In this document: piece by piece, positions 25,644 through 33,209 of the stretch
How the letters are laid out: each line of letters opens with the position of its first letter
Numbering within the stretch: the stretch's first letter is position 1
NCBI GenBank assembly: GCA_023267075.1
Contig: JAHFNY010000005.1
Coordinates: 1-33,209, forward strand
Direction of reading: 5' to 3'
Length of the DNA stretch: 33,209 bases
Origin: Candidatus Vogelbacteria bacterium
GTDB lineage: Bacteria > Patescibacteriota > Minisyncoccia > Phycocordibacterales > XYD1-FULL-46-19
The notes under the pieces: model-generated
The model's database searches: none
What the model saw: the letters and a program-made list of their open reading frames with translations, nothing else
Told to the model about the DNA's origin: nothing
Program-made: the position numbers and the translations under genes

Positions 25644-25692
25644 CTCGCGTTTTGTTATAATGAATCTATTATCAGGTTAATTTAAATTATTT

Positions 25693-25818
25693 ATGATGTA
25701 CGGCTATGGGGCGGGGTTAGGGTTCATGAGTTTACTTGGTCCGCTGACGGGCTTGATAGTCTTGATTGATTTAATCTTGGTAGGTATTTGGCTCTGGCAA
25801 CATATTAGCCGGAAGTAA
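25693..25818 (+). CDS. small single-TM protein (41 aa), not in the ORF track
   Basis: MMYGYGAGLGFMSLLGPLTGLIVLIDLILVGIWLWQHISRK, with TGtTATAAT upstream. Confidence 0.65.
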   Translation: MMYGYGAGLGFMSLLGPLTGLIVLIDLILVGIWLWQHISRK

Positions 25819-25849
25819 TTTTGTCCCGCCAATGCTAGAATGGGTAGTG

Positions 25850-26419
25850 ATGTTTACTGATCTTACCATCAATCAGCGCTTGCGGCAGTTTATTTGGAGT
25901 AGCGTTCTTTATCCTTTGTGGCCGCTCATTGAGCGGGCTTTTAACTTTTTACATCAATCAAATAGTGAGCCGTATCGCCAACCCTATCACTTGGGCTGGC
26001 TCGCTCCGGGGCAGACTATAGAAAGTCTAAAGGGACACCTTGCTCACCAGGGTTTTGGTAATCACTTCGTGGCTTGGACCGATTCGGGCCAGGTTCTCTC
26101 GTGGCGGAAGTTGGTGAGCTTCAGCCGCCAATACCACATTAGAGTTTTTAATGATGGTGAGATCCGCGGCCATTTTGAGGTGACGCCAGAGGCGTCAGCA
26201 ATTAAGCACTTTTTGGGCCGGGGGATGGAGCCGCGAGCGAACGAACTTAAAACATTTTTAGGTACGATTATTACCAGTCAAAAGTATCTTTCTCAAGTTA
26301 AACATAGCCGACTTTACGAGCAAATTGGTTTTGGCCTACAACGTCGTTCTATGCCCAAAACGTATCAAGCGCCGTTTATTACCCGGGCCGTATTGGGACT
26401 TATTTCTCGGCTTTCTTGA
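25850..26419 (+). CDS. hypothetical protein
   Basis: Long ORF with QYHIRVFNDGEIRGHFEVTPE. Start moved downstream of the TGcTAGAAT -10 element (GTG 25847 or ATG 25850). Confidence 0.7.
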   Translation: MFTDLTINQRLRQFIWSSVLYPLWPLIERAFNFLHQSNSEPYRQPYHLGWLAPGQTIESLKGHLAHQGFGNHFVAWTDSGQVLSWRKLVSFSRQYHIRVFNDGEIRGHFEVTPEASAIKHFLGRGMEPRANELKTFLGTIITSQKYLSQVKHSRLYEQIGFGLQRRSMPKTYQAPFITRAVLGLISRLS

Positions 26420-26861
26420 TTGTCTTAACGTGCTCTAGTTTTTCCAAATATTTTTTACTTAAGAAGAGTTTACCATTCAAGAGATGGCGCATATAAATCC
26501 GGAGTGGTTTTAAGCCTCGTTCGAGCATCTTCTGATTGCCTACGTAAGTGATACAGTCTATTTTCTTACCATCATCGTCCGTCACTAAAACGTGCTTTTT
26601 CTTATAATACCGGGGATAATCTTCATGATAATCTAGTTTCTGCATACTCTCGTGATCAGTTTCATAGATTACTCCTTCTACCGTTTGGCCAGGAGCAGGG
26701 ACAATATTGGCGTAACCCGTCCCTTCTTGCTTATTATTAATCACATTAAAGACCAGTTTCCAATCAGCGAGCTTTCCCTGATGAATACTTGCTAATTTAA
26801 GCCCCATTTCTTCCACCCTCTTTAGATCCATATTGGAGCCATAGGCAAAGTAATTGATCAT
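26400..26861 (-). CDS. gamma-glutamylcyclotransferase family protein
   Basis: YFAYGSNM, ANIVP..VEGVIY and LDYHE. Confidence 0.88.
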   Translation of the reverse strand: MINYFAYGSNMDLKRVEEMGLKLASIHQGKLADWKLVFNVINNKQEGTGYANIVPAPGQTVEGVIYETDHESMQKLDYHEDYPRYYKKKHVLVTDDDGKKIDCITYVGNQKMLERGLKPLRIYMRHLLNGKLFLSKKYLEKLEHVKTIKKAEK

Positions 26862-26910
26862 AAGTTGATCCAATTATAATATACTTGCCCGCTTTTGTTA
26901 TACTGGGGTA

Positions 26911-27582
26911 ATGAAAACGGTTTTAATTACTGGTATTGGCCGGGGGATTGGTTTAGCTTTAGCCGAGAAGTTTTTGGCCGAGGGGTGGCAAGTAATTGGC
27001 ACTTATTTAAACAGTGGGCCAGATTTAGTGAAGGCTAATTTAAAAACGGTACCCCTTGATCTCTCAAGTGAGGATAGTATTGGAGAAGCGATTAAAATTA
27101 TTGCCGGCTTCAATTTAAAAATAGATTTGTTAATCAATAATGCCGGCGTGTTGCTGGATGAAGAAGAGACAGCATTAAAGCCAGATAAATTAAGTCAGAC
27201 GCTTAAGGTTAATGTTGTGGGTACGGCCAACTTTACCGAGCAAGTTTTACCTCTCTTGGCTGAAGGTAGCCAGATCATTTTTATTTCTTCTGAAGCGGGC
27301 TCACTTGCTTTATCGGGCAGAGGGATTAGTCATTATCCTGATCATTATCCGGCGTATAAAATATCTAAAGCGGCGCTTAATATGTATATGGTGACGCTCG
27401 CTCGGCGCTTAGATCAGCAAATAATTGTTTCCGCCCTTCACCCCGGTTGGGTCAAGACCACAATGGGTGGGGAAGAGGCCGATCTTACTCCGGCCGAGGC
27501 AGCGGAGAATATTTATACCTTCTCCCTCTCGTCCCACCCCACTGGCCAACTCTGGTTTAAGGGGGAGTCTATACCGTGGTAA
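26911..27582 (+). CDS. short-chain dehydrogenase/reductase (CsgA-like)
   Basis: TGIGRGIG, NNAG, YKISKAALN and HPGWVKT. Confidence 0.93.
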   Translation: MKTVLITGIGRGIGLALAEKFLAEGWQVIGTYLNSGPDLVKANLKTVPLDLSSEDSIGEAIKIIAGFNLKIDLLINNAGVLLDEEETALKPDKLSQTLKVNVVGTANFTEQVLPLLAEGSQIIFISSEAGSLALSGRGISHYPDHYPAYKISKAALNMYMVTLARRLDQQIIVSALHPGWVKTTMGGEEADLTPAEAAENIYTFSLSSHPTGQLWFKGESIPW

Positions 27583-27635
27583 ATTGACTTTTTACCTCTC
27601 TTGTGTTAATGTCTTAGGCAGAGGAGGAGAGGACC

Positions 27636-27962
27636 ATGAAAGTTTATTTGAATTTAAGTCAGGAGATTCAAGTTAGAGTTTTGGAGGTTTTTGAAAGGGA
27701 CACTACTTTTACGAATACAATCTTTACTTTGGTTGAGCAGGAAGAGGCGGAGTTGATCATTGTTGAGAAATTGAGTCAGTTGATGAATCCGGTGAGATTT
27801 AATCAGTATTGTGCGATAATTTCTTCGGGTTTGTCTGATGAGGAGTGGCTTAAGAAACTTGGTCCAAATACCAAATTGCTTAACACCAAGTTTCTTGGTT
27901 TAGCTCTGTTAATGTTTCTGAAAGAAATTGCCAGAGCTAGTTCTGGCAATCCCAGTAATTGA
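27636..27962 (+). CDS. hypothetical protein
   Basis: TTGACT-17-TAATGT promoter (27584-27612), SD GAGGAGGAGAGG and its own terminator. Confidence 0.65.
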   Translation: MKVYLNLSQEIQVRVLEVFERDTTFTNTIFTLVEQEEAELIIVEKLSQLMNPVRFNQYCAIISSGLSDEEWLKKLGPNTKLLNTKFLGLALLMFLKEIARASSGNPSN

Positions 27963-27971
27963 TTCTTGCTT

Positions 27972-28006
27972 GCGGCCCGTCCTGTAACCAGGCGGGCCGC
28001 TTTTCT
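27972..28006 (+). terminator. intrinsic terminator
   Basis: GCGGCCCG(T)CCTG-TAAC-CAGGCGGGCCGC followed by TTTTCT. Confidence 0.85.
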
Positions 28007-28045
28007 GTTATTTGCCTTACCTTGTTTAATATGGATAATGAAGTC

Positions 28046-28804
28046 ATGAATAATAAAAACTTTGTTTTAGGCGCTATCGTTCTAGTTTTGATAATTATTG
28101 GTGGCGGTTTGTACTTATTTAATCAGCCCCAAAATATTTCTCCAACTCCTTCCCTTGCCACTTCCACGGCGCCCATTGCTGATGTTATTGATAATTTCAC
28201 TAACAGCACCAGCACGAGTGCTAGTTCTACCACTACTGTTTTTAACTCTCGTGATCCGTGGCAAGTCCTGACTAAATATTTAGCCGCGGCTAAAGCCCAT
28301 GATCTTAAAGCTTTAACCGACTTGTCTTATCAGACTTCACCTGCTTGTAAGGATCTTAAACAGCAAGCCAATTGTTTTGCCAGAATGGACAGTGTTTATC
28401 AATTAGGCAAGATGATTAAACCAATTGATTATATAAGTAAATGGGAAGATGGTAAGCAAATGATTTTAGAAACGGCGACTATCGCCGATAATCATGGCAC
28501 TACCAGTGTGGGTTATAAGCAGGGTATCATTGTCTTTACCAAGAAGGCGAGCGGGGACTTGCAAGTGCTTTATTTCAATCCCAACAATGGTTGGTATGTG
28601 AGTGCGGTGTCGGACTCTAGTCTAACGCCGGAAGAGAAGTTGCGTGGCTTAATGGCCGATACTGATCAAGATGGCAAGGACGACCAAGTGGAAACGTGTA
28701 CTAATCAGCCCGACCCGGCAAGTTGTATTAAAACTGACCCCAATAAGCGCGATTCTAATGGCAATGGCTGGTGGGATGGGGTGGAGATGTACTTCTATAA
28801 ATAA
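28046..28804 (+). CDS. membrane-anchored surface protein with an S/T-rich linker and DxDxDG Ca-binding-like motifs
   Basis: MNNKNF plus a TM helix; DTDQDGKDD and DSNGNGWWDG; two Cys pairs. Confidence 0.75.
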   Translation: MNNKNFVLGAIVLVLIIIGGGLYLFNQPQNISPTPSLATSTAPIADVIDNFTNSTSTSASSTTTVFNSRDPWQVLTKYLAAAKAHDLKALTDLSYQTSPACKDLKQQANCFARMDSVYQLGKMIKPIDYISKWEDGKQMILETATIADNHGTTSVGYKQGIIVFTKKASGDLQVLYFNPNNGWYVSAVSDSSLTPEEKLRGLMADTDQDGKDDQVETCTNQPDPASCIKTDPNKRDSNGNGWWDGVEMYFYK

Positions 28805-28848
28805 TTTTAAATCTTGCTAAAGAAAGATTTTTAGGTTATAATAGGGGG

Positions 28849-29397
28849 ATGAAATTGGACGTCCCTTATCGCAAGCAAGTCAATGATTATATGTGTGGCC
28901 CGGCTACGCTCCAGATGGTCTTGGCCTTTTTTGGTGATTATCGTTCGCAACGCAAAGTGCGTAAGCTAATGATGGCCTCGCCGCGCGAGCTTGAGACGCG
29001 CTCGGCCGATAATAATAAAATGGTTAAAGCCGTTCAGCGAGCCGGCTTCTACGCGTATGTTAATGATTATTCTAGCTTGGCCGAGCTTAAATATTTTATT
29101 AGTCAGGGTTATCCGGTGGTGGTTAATTATATTGAACCGTCCGATGAAGATGGTCACTTTGCCGTAGCCAAGGGATATAATACAGAATTGCAGACGATTA
29201 TCTTGAGTGATCCGTGGAATGGCGATGACTTTATGTTGCCCGAGGAGCAATTTATGACTCGTTGGCATGCCAAGTGGTGGCGAGCCAGCGAAGGTTATAA
29301 GGGGCATTGGCTCATGGTAGTGTCTAAAAAACCGATTAAAATTGGTAAACTTTTTACTCCTCAATCTGAATTAAAGAAATATGGATCCAAAAATTAA
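28849..29397 (+). CDS. C39-like cysteine peptidase
   Basis: LDVPYRKQ..CGPA, GHFAV and DPW catalytic pattern. Confidence 0.85.
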   Translation: MKLDVPYRKQVNDYMCGPATLQMVLAFFGDYRSQRKVRKLMMASPRELETRSADNNKMVKAVQRAGFYAYVNDYSSLAELKYFISQGYPVVVNYIEPSDEDGHFAVAKGYNTELQTIILSDPWNGDDFMLPEEQFMTRWHAKWWRASEGYKGHWLMVVSKKPIKIGKLFTPQSELKKYGSKN

Positions 29398-30385
29398 AAC
29401 CTTGGCGCCGCAGATTTGGGCCGCGGTGGAGAAGGCTGATAATATTCTTCTCCATTGTCACTATAATCCCGACCAAGATTCTATTGGTTCAGCTCTCGCG
29501 ATGATGGACGCCTTAGAAGGAATGGGAAAAAAAGTGACGGTAATTAAAGGCGATTCAGATTTACCAAACTTTACTAAATACTTTCCTGGCAGTGAGAAGA
29601 TTGTCCTTAAAAATTACTTTAAGCTTGATCTGGCGCAATTTGATCTGTTTATTATTTTAGACAGCGCTGATAGTAAAAGGATTTCAGTCGTTCAAGAAGT
29701 GGTTTTTCCCTCTAATTTAAAAACTGTCGTGATTGATCACCATTCAAGTAACCTTGGCTTTGGTGACATTAATTTAGTGGTCACTAATTATCCGGCCACC
29801 GCCCAAATTTTGTTTGATTTATTTACGGAGTGGAAAATCACCATTACTCCCGCCATCGCTCAATGCTTGCTAGTGGCAATCCATTCTGATACCGGCGGGT
29901 TTAAATATCGGAATACCTCTAGTCACACTTTCGCGGTAGCGGCAGAGTTGGCTAAAATTGCGCCCGACTTTGACCAACTCCTCCTCTCAATCTATGGGAG
30001 TAAAAGTTTAGCGACGGTTAAATTTATTGGCTATATTCTGGATACGATGGAAGTTTACTTTGCTGGCAAGGTCACTATTGGTTCTATGGATTACGAGACT
30101 ACTCAACGTTTAAGTTTAACCCGGAGTGATACTCATAACAGCGGTGTTAATATGATGTTGAAGGAAATTGATGGGGTAGTGATGAGCTTTCTTTTAATAG
30201 AAAATCAAGCGGGTAAAACCGGCATTTCTTCTCGCTCTAGCAATGGTAATAAATATAATGTAATGGAATTGATGAAAAAGTTTGGCGGTGGTGGGCATAC
30301 GGTCGCCGCTGGGGCAACGGTGGACAAACCCTTAGCTGAAGTGAAGCAGGAATTGCTTAATTATTTGACGGGAGTGGTACAATAA
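29381..30385 (+). CDS. nrnA: DHH-family phosphoesterase (NrnA-like)
   Basis: HYNPDQDSIGS, IDHH, DTGGF and GGGGHTVAAG. Confidence 0.9.
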   Translation: MDPKIKTLAPQIWAAVEKADNILLHCHYNPDQDSIGSALAMMDALEGMGKKVTVIKGDSDLPNFTKYFPGSEKIVLKNYFKLDLAQFDLFIILDSADSKRISVVQEVVFPSNLKTVVIDHHSSNLGFGDINLVVTNYPATAQILFDLFTEWKITITPAIAQCLLVAIHSDTGGFKYRNTSSHTFAVAAELAKIAPDFDQLLLSIYGSKSLATVKFIGYILDTMEVYFAGKVTIGSMDYETTQRLSLTRSDTHNSGVNMMLKEIDGVVMSFLLIENQAGKTGISSRSSNGNKYNVMELMKKFGGGGHTVAAGATVDKPLAEVKQELLNYLTGVVQ

Positions 30386-30390
30386 TCATT

Positions 30391-31107
30391 ATGATTTTAT
30401 TAATTGCTTTGGCCGCTTTCTGTGCCACACTCTTGGGCGGATTATTTGCTCTCCGTTTTAAAGACAAACTCCATTTAATTCTTGGCTTCTCGGCGGGAGC
30501 GGTGGTGGGGGTGGCCTTCTTTGACCTCTTGCCGGAAGCGATTGATTTAGGTCAGCAATTTTATCCGGTGAACGTAGTTACCACCGTGGCGGCGATTGGC
30601 TTTGCTCTCTACTTAATTTTAGACCGCTGGTTCTTCTTCCATTGTCATGAGGCGGGGGAGGAGCATAGTCATGGGCGGGGGCAACTTGGAGCCGGTTCGC
30701 TCTCTCTCCACAGCTTCTTAGACGGTGTGGCGATTGGCCTTGCCTTCCAGGTCTCGGTTGTGGTGGGGGCGATTGTGGCGGCGGCGGTGCTGACTCACGA
30801 CTTTTCTGATGGCATTAATACCGTTAATTTAATTTTAAAAAATCAGGGCGCGCGGCGGCAGGCCTTCAAGTGGCTCCTCGCCGATGCCGCCGCGCCGGTG
30901 CTGGGCGTAATTTCTACCTTTTTCTTCACGCTGCCGCAAAATGTTTTAAGCTTGGTACTCGCCCTCTTTTGTGGTTTTTTCCTCTATATTGGCGCGAGCG
31001 ACCTTTTGCCCGAGAGCCATCACGGTCATCCGACTGTTTGGACCACCGTCGCCACCCTCCTCGGTCTCGCCGTTCTCTACACCGCTGTCACCCTGGCGGG
31101 GTTGTAG
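30391..31107 (+). CDS. ZIP-family metal transporter
   Basis: FSAG, LLPEA, His-rich loop, HSFLDG and HDFSDG. Confidence 0.9.
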   Translation: MILLIALAAFCATLLGGLFALRFKDKLHLILGFSAGAVVGVAFFDLLPEAIDLGQQFYPVNVVTTVAAIGFALYLILDRWFFFHCHEAGEEHSHGRGQLGAGSLSLHSFLDGVAIGLAFQVSVVVGAIVAAAVLTHDFSDGINTVNLILKNQGARRQAFKWLLADAAAPVLGVISTFFFTLPQNVLSLVLALFCGFFLYIGASDLLPESHHGHPTVWTTVATLLGLAVLYTAVTLAGL

Positions 31108-31204
31108 TCATCTTGACAGCTACTAGTCTCTTCTGCTAAGCTTGAGAGACATGCCCTGCGGGGCGTTTTTAATTACCGGAAAAACGTTATAATCTAAACT
31201 AATT

Positions 31205-31381
31205 ATGAGTCTCTCTACTTACTTACAAGAAACCCGGGCTGAGTTGAAGAAGGTCAATTGGCCCAGCCGCCAAGCGACGATTAACTTTACTGTGGTGGTC
31301 ATTGGTCTGTCTCTCGCCTGCGCCGCTTTACTAGGGACATTTGACTTTGTCTTCACCTCTCTCGTTAAAATGTTTTTCTAA
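31205..31381 (+). CDS. secE: preprotein translocase subunit SecE (58 aa), not in the ORF track
   Basis: YLQETRAELKKVNWPSR plus a TM helix, directly upstream of nusG. Confidence 0.95.
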   Translation: MSLSTYLQETRAELKKVNWPSRQATINFTVVVIGLSLACAALLGTFDFVFTSLVKMFF

Positions 31382-31393
31382 TTTTAATTATTT

Positions 31394-31939
31394 ATGGCAC
31401 GACAAGAACTTAATCAAGGCCGCAATTGGTACGCGATTCATACCTATGCTGGGTATGAGAACGCCGTCGCCCGCAACTTAAAACAGCGGATTGAGTCTTT
31501 AGGGATGGAAGATAAAATCTTCAATGTCCTCGTCCCCAGTGAGAAGAAGGTGAAGGTGAAGGGTGGCAAGCGGGTAACGGAAGAGGAGAAGATTTATCCC
31601 GGTTACGTCTTGGTAGATATGATCGTTACCGACGACTCGTGGTATGTGGTCCGTAATACCCCGCGGGTGACTGGTTTTATTGGGGCCGGCGTTACCCCGG
31701 TGCCGCTAGAGAAGCGGGAAGTGGAGGAGCTTTTCACTCGCATGGGCGATGACTCGGTGAAGCATAAAATTGAGCTTACTCTTGGCGAGGCGGTTCAGAT
31801 TGTCGATGGGCCGTTTAAAGAGTTTGAGGGTAAGGTGAGCGAGATCGATGAGAATCGCGGCAAGGTTAAAGTCTTAGTCTCCATGTTCGGCCGGGAGACA
31901 CCGGTAGAGCTGGACTTCTTGCAAGTTAAGCGGATATAA
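31394..31939 (+). CDS. nusG: transcription termination/antitermination factor NusG
   Basis: WYAIHTYAGYE, PGYVLV, VRNTPRVTGF, KOW domain and FGRETPVEL. Confidence 0.98.
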   Translation: MARQELNQGRNWYAIHTYAGYENAVARNLKQRIESLGMEDKIFNVLVPSEKKVKVKGGKRVTEEEKIYPGYVLVDMIVTDDSWYVVRNTPRVTGFIGAGVTPVPLEKREVEELFTRMGDDSVKHKIELTLGEAVQIVDGPFKEFEGKVSEIDENRGKVKVLVSMFGRETPVELDFLQVKRI

Positions 31940-31956
31940 GCTAGTTTACTATTGCT

Positions 31957-32379
31957 ATGGCTAAAAAAATCACTAAGAAAATTAAGCTTCAGATTCAAGC
32001 CGGCAAGGCGACGCCAGCGCCGCCAGTTGGTACCGTCTTGGGACCAGCGGGGGTTAATATTGGTGACTTCGTCCAGAAGTTTAACGCCGCCACCGCTCAA
32101 ATGGGCGATAACATCATCCCGGTAGAACTCACTATTTACGAGGACCGCTCCTTTGATTTTATTCTTAAAACGCCACCGGCCGCCAATTTGATTATGAAGG
32201 CGATTGGCATTGCTAAGGGCTCGGGTAAAAATGCCACGAGTAAAGTTGGAACAATTAGTAAAGCCCAAGTGAAGGCGATTGCCGAGCAGAAAATGCCCGA
32301 CTTAAACGCCGTTTCCCTTGAGGGAGCAATGCGGATTATTGAAGGCACGGCCCGCTCTATGGGGGTGGACGTTAAATAA
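31957..32379 (+). CDS. rplK: 50S ribosomal protein L11
   Basis: [24 protein letters not shown] and GTARSMG. Confidence 0.98.
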   Translation: MAKKITKKIKLQIQAGKATPAPPVGTVLGPAGVNIGDFVQKFNAATAQMGDNIIPVELTIYEDRSFDFILKTPPAANLIMKAIGIAKGSGKNATSKVGTISKAQVKAIAEQKMPDLNAVSLEGAMRIIEGTARSMGVDVK

Positions 32380-32382
32380 ATT

Positions 32383-32877
32383 CTATCTTTCTAGAATAAC
32401 ATAACTGAAAGGAGGATCATGCTCAAAGTGGTTCTCCTTTTTTGTTTCTTTTTTAAAATCAGAATAATCAGGGAAAAAGGTGTCAGCTTCAAAATTGCCA
32501 TTGACTAACGTTAAATATAAGCGGTCGGCTAATGGTAAAAATTGAGTATAAATTTGACCTCCACCAATAACAAATATTTCTTCCTTGCCAGGACTATTAG
32601 CACTTATTTTAAGAGCTTCTTCTAAACTATGACAAACAAAAATATTATTATCATTTCGTTTCAGAGTTTTGCTGATTACGATATTTGTTCGATTTGATAG
32701 GGGGTGACCGATAGATTCGTAAGTTTTACGACCCATAATGATTGGGTGGCCGTTAGTCAAATTTTTAAAACGCGGAAGATCTCCGGTGAGTTTCCAAAGA
32801 AGTTTGTTTTTTAGACCAATTCCCCGAGTTTGGGTGTTGATCGCTGCTATTAAACTTATTATTGTTTTTTTTGTCAA
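32383..32877 (-). CDS. folA: dihydrofolate reductase (start uncertain; TTG 32877 chosen)
   Basis: IISLIAA..GIG..LLW..DLPRFK..IMGRKTYESI..RTNIVIS..IGGGQIY..DTFFP. Confidence 0.92.
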   Translation of the reverse strand: MTKKTIISLIAAINTQTRGIGLKNKLLWKLTGDLPRFKNLTNGHPIIMGRKTYESIGHPLSNRTNIVISKTLKRNDNNIFVCHSLEEALKISANSPGKEEIFVIGGGQIYTQFLPLADRLYLTLVNGNFEADTFFPDYSDFKKETKKENHFEHDPPFSYVILER

Positions 32878-32926
32878 TTTATTTGTTTTTCTTTCAAAAT
32901 ATGATCTATGATATAGTAGTTCAAAC

Positions 32927-33209
32927 ATGGTAAATATAAAAGATAAGATAGTCAAGAATTATGAAGATCTAAGAGCTAAGGTTTTGGCCCATAAAACTTT
33001 GGGGCACAAGGTCGTTTGTACTATTGGCTCTTGGGACATGCTCCATATTGGCCACTTACGTTACTTAAACTCTGCTAGAGAAAAGGGGGACGTACTGGTG
33101 GTGGGAGTAGATAGTGATCGCGGGATTAAGTCGTACAAAGGACCGAAGCGACCAATTATTCCTGAAATAGAGAGAATGGAAATGTTGTGTTATCAAAATT
33201 GCGTTAACT
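32927..33209 (+). CDS. cytidylyl/adenylyltransferase family protein (RfaE domain II-like), runs off the window
   Basis: Manual translation MVNIKDKIV..GSWDMLHIGHLRYL..GDVLVVGVDSD..KGPKRPI (HIGH motif). Confidence 0.88.
   Translation, partial: MVNIKDKIVKNYEDLRAKVLAHKTLGHKVVCTIGSWDMLHIGHLRYLNSAREKGDVLVVGVDSDRGIKSYKGPKRPIIPEIERMEMLCYQNCVN

Larger units (their letters stand above)
16104..25644. mobile_element. tRNA-His-integrated serine-recombinase element (~9.5 kb) with copper-resistance cargo
   Basis: The recombinase abuts and overlaps the tRNA. ACCC at 16104-16107 and 25641-25644 is the proposed crossover core. The right boundary is inferred from the in-frame recombinase tail and from a host-style TGtTATAAT promoter resuming just after it. 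Confidence 0.75.

Overview
Compact bacterial chromosome segment. Gene content suggests a Patescibacteria/CPR (Parcubacteria-like) genome; this is an inference from rplK with no following rplA, tRNA-Arg(GCG), the pilM/N/O block and the palindromic mini-repeats. The backbone carries mutM, a Mur ligase, ruvA, rpsT, ruvX, dedA, pilMNO, a RluA-family synthase, rplS, secE-nusG-rplK, folA and six tRNAs, with small accessory islets at the tRNA 3' ends. The main feature is a ~9.5 kb integrative element at the 3' end of tRNA-His (about 16104-25644). It encodes a large serine recombinase, a P-loop ATPase module and a CsoR-regulated copper-resistance cargo. The recombinase gene appears to be split by its own attachment site. 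In the integrated state it ends in the antisense strand of the tRNA (..EW-GAYRDSNSD*). A 38-codon alternative C-terminus lies at the far end of the element and would fuse in frame through a shared ACCC core on excision. Also notable are a duplicated tRNA-Val 5' fragment carrying two palindromic insertions, pervasive leaderless-type promoters, and a possible metal-sensing leader ORF.
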